Translations under genes and position numbers: made by a program | NCBI GenBank assembly: GCA_963802435.1 | Contig: CAWDIT010000013.1 | Location: 111,113 to 175,112 of the forward strand | Reading direction: 5' to 3' | From: an uncultured bacterium | GTDB lineage: Bacteria > Pseudomonadota > Gammaproteobacteria > Burkholderiales > Burkholderiaceae_C | Length of the DNA stretch: 64,000 bases | Shown: positions 19,808-27,714 of the stretch, piece by piece | How the letters are laid out: the number at the start of each line of letters is the position of its first letter | Position numbering within the stretch: position 1 is the first letter of the stretch | The notes under the pieces: generated by a model | Told to the model about the DNA's origin: nothing | Databases searched by the model: none | Seen by the model: the letters and a program-made list of their open reading frames with translations, nothing else

Positions 19808-21780
19808 GCTTCAGCAAGATTCTGGTTGCGAACAGGGGTGAGATCGCGTGCAGGGTCATGCGCACCGCCCGCGCGCTCGGCTACCGCACGGTCGCTGTGT
19901 TCAGCGACGCAGACGCCGATGCACCGCACGTGCGGCAGGCGGACGAGGCGGTGCATGTCGGCGCCTCGCCCGCCGCCGACTCGTACCTTCGCATCGCCGC
20001 GTTGATCGAAGCCGCGCGGCGCACCGGCGCCGATGCGGTGCACCCCGGCTACGGGTTCCTCAGCGAGAGCGCCGCGTTCGCCCAGGCCTGCCTCGATGCG
20101 AACCTGGTGTTCATCGGCGCGCCGCCGGCGGCCATTCGCAAGATGGGCGACAAGGCGCTGGCCAAGCAACGCATGCTTGCCGCGGGCGTGCCGTGCGCGC
20201 CAGGCTATCTGGGGGCAGAGCAGGACGACGAACGCCTCGCGCACGAGGCCGCGGCGCTCGGCTACCCGTTGCTCGTCAAGGCGGTGGCCGGCGGCGGCGG
20301 GCGCGGCATGCGGCTGGTGCGCGAGGCCGCCGAGATCGTGCCGGCGATCGCCGGCGCCAGGCGCGAGGCGCTGAGCGCGTTCGGCGACGGAGCGCTGATG
20401 CTCGAGCGGCTGATCGAGGACGGCCGCCACATCGAGATCCAGGTCTTCGCCGACGCGCACGGCAACGCGATCCACCTCGGCGAGCGCGACTGCACGGCGC
20501 AGCGTCGACGGCAGAAGGTGATCGAGGAATCGCCGTCGCCGGCGGTCAGCCCGGCGATGCGCGAGGCGATGGGGCGCGATGCCGTTGCCGCCGCACTGGC
20601 CGTCGGCTACCGCGGCGCGGGCACGGTCGAGTTCATCGTCGACGCCGGGCTGAAGCACTACTTCCTCGAGATGAACACGCGGCTGCAGGTCGAGCATCCG
20701 GTCACCGAGACGGTCACCGGGCTCGATCTCGTCGAGTGGCAGTTGCGCGTCGCGGCGGGCGAACGGCTGCCGCTGCAGCAGCACGAGGTCCGCCTGCAGG
20801 GTCACGCGATCGAGGCGCGACTCTACGCGGAAGACCCGTATTCGCAGCCGACGCCGTTCGCGCCGCAGACGGGCCGCGTGCACTGGTGGCGGCCCGAGGC
20901 GGCAGCCTCACAGGCCGGCGTCCGCATCGACCACGGCATTGCCGAGGGAGGCGAGGTCTCGCCGTTCTACGACGCGATGGTCGCCAAGTTCATTGCCCAC
21001 GGCCGCGACCGCGACGACGCGATCCGTCGCCTGCGCGCGGCCTTGCAGGATGCCCCGCTGCTCGGCCTGCGCAACAACGGCCGCTTCCTGGCCGACCTGC
21101 TCGACCACCCGGACTTTCGCGGCGCCGCGCTGACGACGACGCGCATCGACCGCTGGTTCGAGCAAGGCGAGCCGATTGCACGGCGACCGCTGCCGACCGC
21201 CGAGGCCTGGTGCGTTGCCGCAGCCGCCTTGACGCACGGCGCGGGTTGGCGCGCCGACAGCGTGGCGGCGTACGACATCGAGCTGCGCTGCGACGACGGC
21301 GAGACCGAGCGCCTGCGCGTGTGCCCTGGCCACGGCGGCGCGGTACTGGTCGTGCACCGAGGAGAAGCGCACGAAGTCGGCCTGATCCGGTTCGAGCCGG
21401 GGGAGCTGAACTATCGCTTCGACGGCGTGCAGCGCCGAGCAGTGGCGCTGCACCACGGCAGCGACCTGCACCTTGCGCTGGCTGGCGCGAGCTTGGTGTT
21501 CAGCGAGCCCTCGGCACTGGCGAGTGCCGATGCCGGCGTCGACGAGCGGCGGGTGCGCGCTGCCGTGGCCGGCGTCGTGACCCAGGTGCTGGTGCAGCCG
21601 GGCGACACGGTGGCCGCCGGCCAGGCGCTCGTCTGCGTCGAGGCGATGAAGATGGAAATGTGGCTCGCCGCGCCGTCCGCTGGCGTCGTGCTGACGGTGC
21701 ACGCGCGCGTCGGCGAGCAGGTCGCGGCCGGCACCGTGCTGGCCGGACTGGAGCCGCAAGGCGCGAGGGAAACGTCATGA
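19804..21780 (+). CDS. acyl-CoA carboxylase biotin carboxylase/BCCP (alpha) subunit, AtuF/LiuD family
   Basis: ATGA overlap with the hydratase gene. MSFSKILVANRGEIACRV, an ATP-grasp core, and the C-terminal biotinylation motif EAMKME. Confidence 0.93.
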   Translation: MSFSKILVANRGEIACRVMRTARALGYRTVAVFSDADADAPHVRQADEAVHVGASPAADSYLRIAALIEAARRTGADAVHPGYGFLSESAAFAQACLDANLVFIGAPPAAIRKMGDKALAKQRMLAAGVPCAPGYLGAEQDDERLAHEAAALGYPLLVKAVAGGGGRGMRLVREAAEIVPAIAGARREALSAFGDGALMLERLIEDGRHIEIQVFADAHGNAIHLGERDCTAQRRRQKVIEESPSPAVSPAMREAMGRDAVAAALAVGYRGAGTVEFIVDAGLKHYFLEMNTRLQVEHPVTETVTGLDLVEWQLRVAAGERLPLQQHEVRLQGHAIEARLYAEDPYSQPTPFAPQTGRVHWWRPEAAASQAGVRIDHGIAEGGEVSPFYDAMVAKFIAHGRDRDDAIRRLRAALQDAPLLGLRNNGRFLADLLDHPDFRGAALTTTRIDRWFEQGEPIARRPLPTAEAWCVAAAALTHGAGWRADSVAAYDIELRCDDGETERLRVCPGHGGAVLVVHRGEAHEVGLIRFEPGELNYRFDGVQRRAVALHHGSDLHLALAGASLVFSEPSALASADAGVDERRVRAAVAGVVTQVLVQPGDTVAAGQALVCVEAMKMEMWLAAPSAGVVLTVHARVGEQVAAGTVLAGLEPQGARETS

Positions 21781-22649
21781 CGAAAGCGATCATCACCTGC
21801 GCGCTGACCGGCGTCCTGACCGACCCCAGGCAGCACCCGGTGCCGGTGACGCCGGCGCAAATGGCGGCCGAAGCGCGCGACGCGTTCGACGCCGGCGCGG
21901 CGATCATGCACGTGCACCTGCGCAGCCAGGAGGAGGGCTTCGGCCACCTGCCGAGCTGGGATCCGGACGTGGCCGAGCGCGTCGTGAATGCGATCCGCGA
22001 GGCCTGCCCCGACGTGATCATCAACCTCACGACCGGCGTGATCGGCAAGGACATCTCCGGGCCGCTCGCCTGCATCCGCCGCGTCAGGCCGGAGATCGCC
22101 GCCTGCAACGCCGGCAGCCTGAACTACCTGAAGATCAAGGACAACGGCCAATGGGCCTGGCCGCCGATGGTGTTCGACAACCCGGTGGCCAAGGTGCAGC
22201 AGTACCTCGACGTGATGGCCGAGTGCGGCGTGCACCCCGAGTTCGAGTGCTTCGACGTCGGCATCGTGCGTTCGGTCGCCATGTACCTGAAGGCTGGCAT
22301 GGTGACGCAGGCGATGGGGACGCCGGAGCTCAATTTCGTGATGGGCGTCGCCTCGGGCATGCCGTGCGACGCCGACCTGCTCGGGCTGCTGCCCCGCTGG
22401 CTCGCCCCCGGCGCCGTCTGGCAGACGACGCTGATCGGCCGCGCCGAGGTCTGGCCGGTGCACCAGAAGACGGCCGAGCTCGGCGGGATGCTTCGCACCG
22501 GCCTCGAGGACACCTTCTACCTGCCCGGCGGCGAACGCGCCACGGGCAACGGAGCGCTCATTGCCGCGCTGGCCGTCTGCGCCCGCCGTGCGGGGCGCGA
22601 AGTCGCCAGCCCGGCCGAAGCGCGCGTGCTGCTGGGCCTGCGCCACTGA
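21777..22649 (+). CDS. beta-keto acid cleavage enzyme family protein (BKACE, DUF849)
   Basis: ATGA overlap with the alpha subunit gene. MTKAIITCALTG, HVH (Zn ligands), NLTTG, RTGLEDT. Confidence 0.85.
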   Translation: MTKAIITCALTGVLTDPRQHPVPVTPAQMAAEARDAFDAGAAIMHVHLRSQEEGFGHLPSWDPDVAERVVNAIREACPDVIINLTTGVIGKDISGPLACIRRVRPEIAACNAGSLNYLKIKDNGQWAWPPMVFDNPVAKVQQYLDVMAECGVHPEFECFDVGIVRSVAMYLKAGMVTQAMGTPELNFVMGVASGMPCDADLLGLLPRWLAPGAVWQTTLIGRAEVWPVHQKTAELGGMLRTGLEDTFYLPGGERATGNGALIAALAVCARRAGREVASPAEARVLLGLRH

Positions 22650-22692
22650 GCCTCCGGGCTGTCGCACGCGCGGCGTTCGTAGAATGCCCGCG

Positions 22693-23613
22693 ATGACAGT
22701 GACTCCCCGCATGCCGCAGCCTGGCGCCGTGCCGCGCCCGCTCTGGCCGGGGCTGCTGCTGGCGGGCGTCGGCGCGATCGCCTTCTCCGGCAAGGCGATC
22801 ATCGTCAAGCTGGCGTACCGCCACGGCGTCGATGCGGTGACGCTGATCATGTACCGCATGCTGTTCGCGCTGCCGATGTTCGTGCTGCTCGCGTGGTGGG
22901 CCGGGCGCGGCAGGCCGGCCCTCACGCGGCGCGACCGACTGGCAATTCTCGGTCTCGGTTTCAGCGGCTACTACCTGGCGAGCTTCCTCGACTTCTCCGG
23001 CTTGCAGTACATCAGCGCCAGCCTCGAGCGGCTGATCCTGTACCTCAACCCGACGCTCGTGCTCGCGCTCAGTGTCCTTCTGTTCAAGCGCGGCGTCAGC
23101 CGCAGACAGCTGCTGGCGCTGGCCGTCAGCTACAGCGGGGTTGCGCTGGTCTTCGGCCACGAGGTGCAACTCGTCGGCCCGCACGTCGCGCTCGGCGCGG
23201 CGCTGGTGTTCGCCAGCGCGGTGAGCTATGCGCTGTACCTCGTGTACAGCGGCGAGGAAGTCAGGCGCCTCGGTGCGCTTCGTCTGACGGGCCTGGCCAC
23301 CAGCGTCGCCTGCGTGCTTTGCATCGCGCAGTTCCTGCTGCTGCGCCCGCTGGCGGCGATGGCCGTGGCACCCGAGGTGATCTGGCTGTCGGTGCTCAAC
23401 GCGACCGCCTGCACCTTCGCGCCGGTGCTGATGATGATGATGGCGATCGAGCGCATCGGTGCCACGATGGCCGCGCAGACCGGCATGATCGGTCCGCTGT
23501 CGACGATCACGATGGGCGTGCTGATCCTGGACGAGCCTTTCACCGCCTGGGTCGCCGCCGGCACGCTGCTCGTGCTGGCCGGCATCTGGCTGCTGGCGCA
23601 CGCGCGGGGATGA
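22693..23613 (+). CDS. EamA/DMT-family transporter
   Basis: 10-TM layout with duplicated EamA halves (FSGKAIIVKLAY.., SGYYLASFLDFSGLQYISASL). The start is uncertain between 22684 and 22693. Confidence 0.8.
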   Translation: MTVTPRMPQPGAVPRPLWPGLLLAGVGAIAFSGKAIIVKLAYRHGVDAVTLIMYRMLFALPMFVLLAWWAGRGRPALTRRDRLAILGLGFSGYYLASFLDFSGLQYISASLERLILYLNPTLVLALSVLLFKRGVSRRQLLALAVSYSGVALVFGHEVQLVGPHVALGAALVFASAVSYALYLVYSGEEVRRLGALRLTGLATSVACVLCIAQFLLLRPLAAMAVAPEVIWLSVLNATACTFAPVLMMMMAIERIGATMAAQTGMIGPLSTITMGVLILDEPFTAWVAAGTLLVLAGIWLLAHARG

Positions 23614-23665
23614 GACGGCTCGGGCGCCGCGGGGCGCCTGGCGATTCGACACTGAAGGAGCAAGC

Positions 23666-24451
23666 ATGGATCTCGGACTCGGAGGCAAATGGGCGCTCGT
23701 CTGCGCCGCGAGCAAGGGGCTCGGCAAGGGCTGCGCGCAGGCGCTCGTGCGCGAGGGAGTGAACGTCGTGGTCACCGCGCGCGGCGCCGCGGCGCTGGAG
23801 GCGACGGCGGCCGGACTGCGTGCGCTGAACCCCGCCGTGCAGGTACGCGCGGTGGCAGGCGACATCACGACGCCCGAAGGCCGCGCCGCCGCGCTCGCGG
23901 CGTGCCCGCAGGTCGACATCCTCGTCAACAACGCGGGCGGCCCGCCGCCGGGCGACTTCCGCGACTGGGGGCGCGAGGCGTGGATCAAGGCGCTCGACGC
24001 CAACATGCTGGCGCCGATCGAGCTGATCCGCGCCACGGTCGACGCAATGGCCGAGCGCGGCTTCGGCCGCATCGTCAACATCACCTCGGCCGCGGTGAAG
24101 GCGCCGATCGACATCCTCGGCCTGTCAAACGGCGCACGCGCGGGCCTCACGGGCTTCGTCGCCGGCGTCGCGCGAAGCGGCATCGCCGCGCGCGGCGTGA
24201 CGATCAACAACCTGCTGCCCGGCGCCCACGACACGGAGCGTCTGCGCGTCACGATGCAGGGCCTGGCGCAGAAGACAGGCCAGTCGGTCGAGGCCGTGAT
24301 GGCCCAGCGTGCCGGCGCGATCCCGGCACGCCGCTTCGGCAGCGCCGAGGAGTTCGGCGCCGTCTGCGCCTTCCTGTGCAGCGTGCATGCGGGCTATCTG
24401 ACGGGGCAGAACGTCCTGCTCGACGGCGGGGCGTACGCGGGGACGTTCTGA
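23666..24451 (+). CDS. SDR-family oxidoreductase
   Basis: Rossmann motif ASKGLGKG plus NNAG and a short-chain dehydrogenase layout. 261 aa. Confidence 0.85.
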   Translation: MDLGLGGKWALVCAASKGLGKGCAQALVREGVNVVVTARGAAALEATAAGLRALNPAVQVRAVAGDITTPEGRAAALAACPQVDILVNNAGGPPPGDFRDWGREAWIKALDANMLAPIELIRATVDAMAERGFGRIVNITSAAVKAPIDILGLSNGARAGLTGFVAGVARSGIAARGVTINNLLPGAHDTERLRVTMQGLAQKTGQSVEAVMAQRAGAIPARRFGSAEEFGAVCAFLCSVHAGYLTGQNVLLDGGAYAGTF

Positions 24452-24466
24452 TCTCGTGAACGGGCC

Positions 24467-24850
24467 CTAGACGAGCCCCATGCTGGCCGAACGCGTCAAC
24501 GCCACGGCGACGATGTAGCCGACGCTCGCCAGCGCCGCCGCGAACGCTATGAGTGTCTTGCGCCGCGAGGCATCCCGCCTCAAAGCGACGCTGCCCAGCA
24601 CGACGTAGACGCACAGCGCAAGCACCTTGGCCGTGAGCCAGGGCTGCGCCAGCGGGTACTGCGCGCTCATCACCGCCAGGGTGACGGCCGCCGCGAGCAG
24701 CAGCGTGTCGTTGAAGTGCGGTGCGACCCGCAGCCAGCGCCAGTGGCGCCAGTCGACACCCTTCAACTGCATTGCTCCGCGCAGGGCGAACAGGCTGATG
24801 CTGATGCCGGCAGAGCCGACGTGGACTGCACGAAGGGTCGAATACTCCAT
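24467..24850 (-). CDS. SirB-family small membrane protein
   Basis: ATG at 24850. 127 aa with 4 TM segments; PHFNDTLLL and WLTAKVLALCVYVVLG resemble the SirB family. Confidence 0.65.
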   Translation of the reverse strand: MEYSTLRAVHVGSAGISISLFALRGAMQLKGVDWRHWRWLRVAPHFNDTLLLAAAVTLAVMSAQYPLAQPWLTAKVLALCVYVVLGSVALRRDASRRKTLIAFAAALASVGYIVAVALTRSASMGLV

Positions 24851-24878
24851 CGCGGGATTGTCTGCGTTCGCCCCGGCC

Positions 24879-25772
24879 CTAGCCCTTGCGACGGCGTCCG
24901 AAGCTCGGGGGCAGCCAGGGCAGCGCCAGCAGCAAAGCGGTGCCGGCGACGACGAGCGCCCACACCTGACCCAGCGGCCAGACATAGAACAGCGGCATCA
25001 GCGCGAGGTAGAACCAGTCGAATTGCAGCGTGCCGGCGGCCACCGCCATGTCGGCCGCGCCGCCCTGGCTCAGCGCCGGCGCCACAAGCGACAGCGCGAG
25101 CAGCGTCGCCAGCAGGCCCGCCATGATCGGCCGCGGCGGGTTCGTGCGCGCCTTGGGCACGCGCTGCACGTGCACCCACATCAGCAGCAGCACGACGAGC
25201 GGAATGCCGATGTGCATGAACGCCAACAGCGAGAAGAAGCGGTCGTTCACGCTGCTCGCGTAGATGAAGTTGCGCATCAGTGCGCCGCCGAAAATCGGCA
25301 ACCGGTCGAGCCATTCGAAGCTGGCGGTGATGACGAACTGCGCCATCCTGTCCCACGGCAGCATGTAGCCGTTGATGCCCGACACGTAGACCAGCCAGAT
25401 CAGCGCCACGCCGGTCAGCCAGGAGAACGAGCGGAAGCCCCGCAGCCGGTCGAATGCGAAGTGGCGCAGCATGTGCAGCAGCATCGTGAACGCCATCGCA
25501 TCCGACGCATAGCGGTGCAGGCTGCGCAGGATGCCGCCGGCCCACCACTGACCGTGCGTCAGCGCCTCGACCGATGCATACGCGTCGCTGACGCCGGTCT
25601 CGAAGAACGCGTACAGGTACAGACCGCTGGCGGCGACGACCCAGAACAGGAAGAAGCTGATCGCGCCGAGCTGGTACAGCGGGTTCAGGCGGTCGCCGAA
25701 GGCCGCGTTGAACGGCGCCTCGACACGGATGAACAGCCATTGCAGCCAGCCCTGCAGGCGCTTGATGATCAT
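24879..25772 (-). CDS. diheme cytochrome b (cytochrome b N-terminal-domain-like)
   Basis: ATG at 25772 overlaps the upstream stop (ATGA). Two His pairs spaced 14 residues apart (SLHRY..LLHML and FMHIG..WVHVQ), as in the bc1/b6 heme ligands. It is a paralogue of the N-terminal half of 27707..29266. Confidence 0.8.
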   Translation of the reverse strand: MIIKRLQGWLQWLFIRVEAPFNAAFGDRLNPLYQLGAISFFLFWVVAASGLYLYAFFETGVSDAYASVEALTHGQWWAGGILRSLHRYASDAMAFTMLLHMLRHFAFDRLRGFRSFSWLTGVALIWLVYVSGINGYMLPWDRMAQFVITASFEWLDRLPIFGGALMRNFIYASSVNDRFFSLLAFMHIGIPLVVLLLMWVHVQRVPKARTNPPRPIMAGLLATLLALSLVAPALSQGGAADMAVAAGTLQFDWFYLALMPLFYVWPLGQVWALVVAGTALLLALPWLPPSFGRRRKG

Positions 25773-27196
25773 GCCGGGTCCGGGCGCGCAGCCGGCTGCC
25801 GCATCGCCTTCACGACGACGACGACGAACAGCAGTCCGCCGACGATCGCGATCAGGCCACCGAGTCCCATCAACCCCATGCCGGCCACCTCGCCCGGGCT
25901 GCGCAGCACCTGCTCGGCGCCGGCCACCTTGCGCTGCACGCCGTAGCCGCCCGACCACACCAGGCCGACGATGTGCAGCAACTGCCCGCTGCCATAGAGC
26001 CAGGGCTGCAGCGTCGCCGAGCGCGCGTTCGGCGCGGCGTAGCCGAGCTGCGGCAGCAGGTGGTAGACGAGGCCCATCAGTGCCAGCGTCACGCCGACAA
26101 TGCAGCCGTGGTAGTGCGCCGGTATGCGTACGTTGCTCCCGCTGATGAAGACGCCGATGAGTCCGCCGGCCGCAAAGAGCAGCACCGACGACACCAGCGC
26201 CGCGCGCAGGGGCCGCGCCGTGACGTCCGGCGACGGAGCGCCGGCGAGCGCGAGCACGACCGCCAGGCCGGTCGGCAGGATCGCGACGCCGCCGCCGAGG
26301 CGCATCGCCCAGGTGAGCAGGTTGCGGTGCTCCACCGACGCGACGTCGTAGGCCAGGTAGGCCCAGGGCGTGACGAACACGCTCGCCAGCGCGAGCGCGA
26401 ACATCAGCAGCGCGATGCGCGGCGACAGGCGCACCCGGGCCCCGCTGGCGCCGGCCAGCCACAGCCAGGCGACGAGCATCAGCAGCGTCCAGGTGAACTG
26501 CAGCGCATGGCCGCCGCCCCAGAACGCGATCTCGTAGTAGGCCTTGCCGGCGAGCGAACGCGGGACGACGGCGAGCGACCACGCGAACGCGAGCAGCGCG
26601 ACGGCCGTGGCGACGGCGCTGGCGTTCAGCCCGAAGCGCAGCGCGCCAGCGCCGTCGAACGAGACGCCGAGCCGGGGCGCGAGCCACAGGCCGCGCAGCA
26701 CGAGCAGCGCCGTGCCGATGCCGAACACGACCAGCCCGGCGAGGAACAGCGGCCCGTCGAGCACCGGGATGTAGTTGGCCATCACCGCCTCGCCGCGGTC
26801 GAGGAAGGGCGCCAGCGACATCATCAGCGCGCCTGCGCCGGCGAGGGCGAGCGCCACCCAGCCCGAGCGAATGCCGCGTGGCGCGCTGTTCAGGCTCCAG
26901 AGCAAGCCCGCGACGGCGACGAACCACACCAGCACCGAAAGGTCCACATGCACGACGAGCGCGACGCGAAAGAAGTCGGCGACCGGCAGCCACTGGTTGA
27001 CTCCTGGCGTGCGCGAGAGCACCAGTAGCACCGAGAACACGCCCGAGCCGACGAGCGACAGCACGGCGAGCCACAGCCAGCCGCGGGCGAGGGCACGGCG
27101 CGCGCCCGCGGGCACGGCGAGCGTGTAGTCGGTTGCGGCGGCGGACGCCAGCGCCGGCGCCTGTGAGGCGAGAGGAAGCACAGTGGTGGTGTTCAT
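25769..27196 (-). CDS. divergent heme-copper-oxidase subunit I-like membrane protein
   Basis: 475 aa. The HCO signature helices are recognisable: ALVVHVD, FWGGGHALQF, IPAHYHGCIVG..LVYHLLP. The helix VII HH pair reads VEHRN. ATGA overlaps at both ends. Confidence 0.75.
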   Translation of the reverse strand: MNTTTVLPLASQAPALASAAATDYTLAVPAGARRALARGWLWLAVLSLVGSGVFSVLLVLSRTPGVNQWLPVADFFRVALVVHVDLSVLVWFVAVAGLLWSLNSAPRGIRSGWVALALAGAGALMMSLAPFLDRGEAVMANYIPVLDGPLFLAGLVVFGIGTALLVLRGLWLAPRLGVSFDGAGALRFGLNASAVATAVALLAFAWSLAVVPRSLAGKAYYEIAFWGGGHALQFTWTLLMLVAWLWLAGASGARVRLSPRIALLMFALALASVFVTPWAYLAYDVASVEHRNLLTWAMRLGGGVAILPTGLAVVLALAGAPSPDVTARPLRAALVSSVLLFAAGGLIGVFISGSNVRIPAHYHGCIVGVTLALMGLVYHLLPQLGYAAPNARSATLQPWLYGSGQLLHIVGLVWSGGYGVQRKVAGAEQVLRSPGEVAGMGLMGLGGLIAIVGGLLFVVVVVKAMRQPAARPDPA

Positions 27197-27714
27197 TGGA
27201 GGGCGATGCCGCCTTTCTCGGCGTCGAAGTCGATGACCAGGATCTGCGCCGGTGCGAGACTCACGGTCTGCTCGCGCTGATAGTCGAAGCCACTACCGGC
27301 GGCGCTGTCCTTCAAGCGCACGGCGACGCGGTGTTCGCCGGCCGCCACGTTCAAGCGCTGGTAGACCGTCGAAGCGCCGTCCTTCGACAGCCCCGACGGC
27401 TCGGCGACGTGGCGAACCGCCGGCGCGCCGTCGATGTCGACCTCGACGCGAACCGGAGCGCGCTCGCGCTCGCACTTCATCGTCGCTCGCATGTTGGGCG
27501 GCAGCTTCGCGAGTTCTTCGGCGCCGAGCTGCCGGCATTCGGCGACACGCTTGCCGGCGTGCGTGAAGCTCAGCTTGATCAGCGCCTGGTCAGGTGCCAG
27601 GTGGTGGTACTCGGGCCAGTGGGAGAACACGCCGATGACGAGCGCGAACACGCCATAGAGCAGCAACTGGCCGGCCCAGGCGAGCGGTGTGGTTCGTGCC
27701 TTGGGTCTATCCAT
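27193..27714 (-). CDS. hypothetical membrane-anchored protein (173 aa)
   Basis: One N-terminal TM segment (LAWAGQLLLYGVFALVIGVF) and a soluble domain predicted to be beta-rich, with two Cys. It is translationally coupled to both neighbours. No family recognised. Confidence 0.6.
   Translation of the reverse strand: MDRPKARTTPLAWAGQLLLYGVFALVIGVFSHWPEYHHLAPDQALIKLSFTHAGKRVAECRQLGAEELAKLPPNMRATMKCERERAPVRVEVDIDGAPAVRHVAEPSGLSKDGASTVYQRLNVAAGEHRVAVRLKDSAAGSGFDYQREQTVSLAPAQILVIDFDAEKGGIALQ

Noticed and set aside
19848-21776. Upstream 640 aa of the 933-aa ORF ending at 22649
   Set aside because: Only the last 290 aa, from ATG 21777, form a coherent BKACE protein. The rest is an alternative frame of the biotin carboxylase gene.
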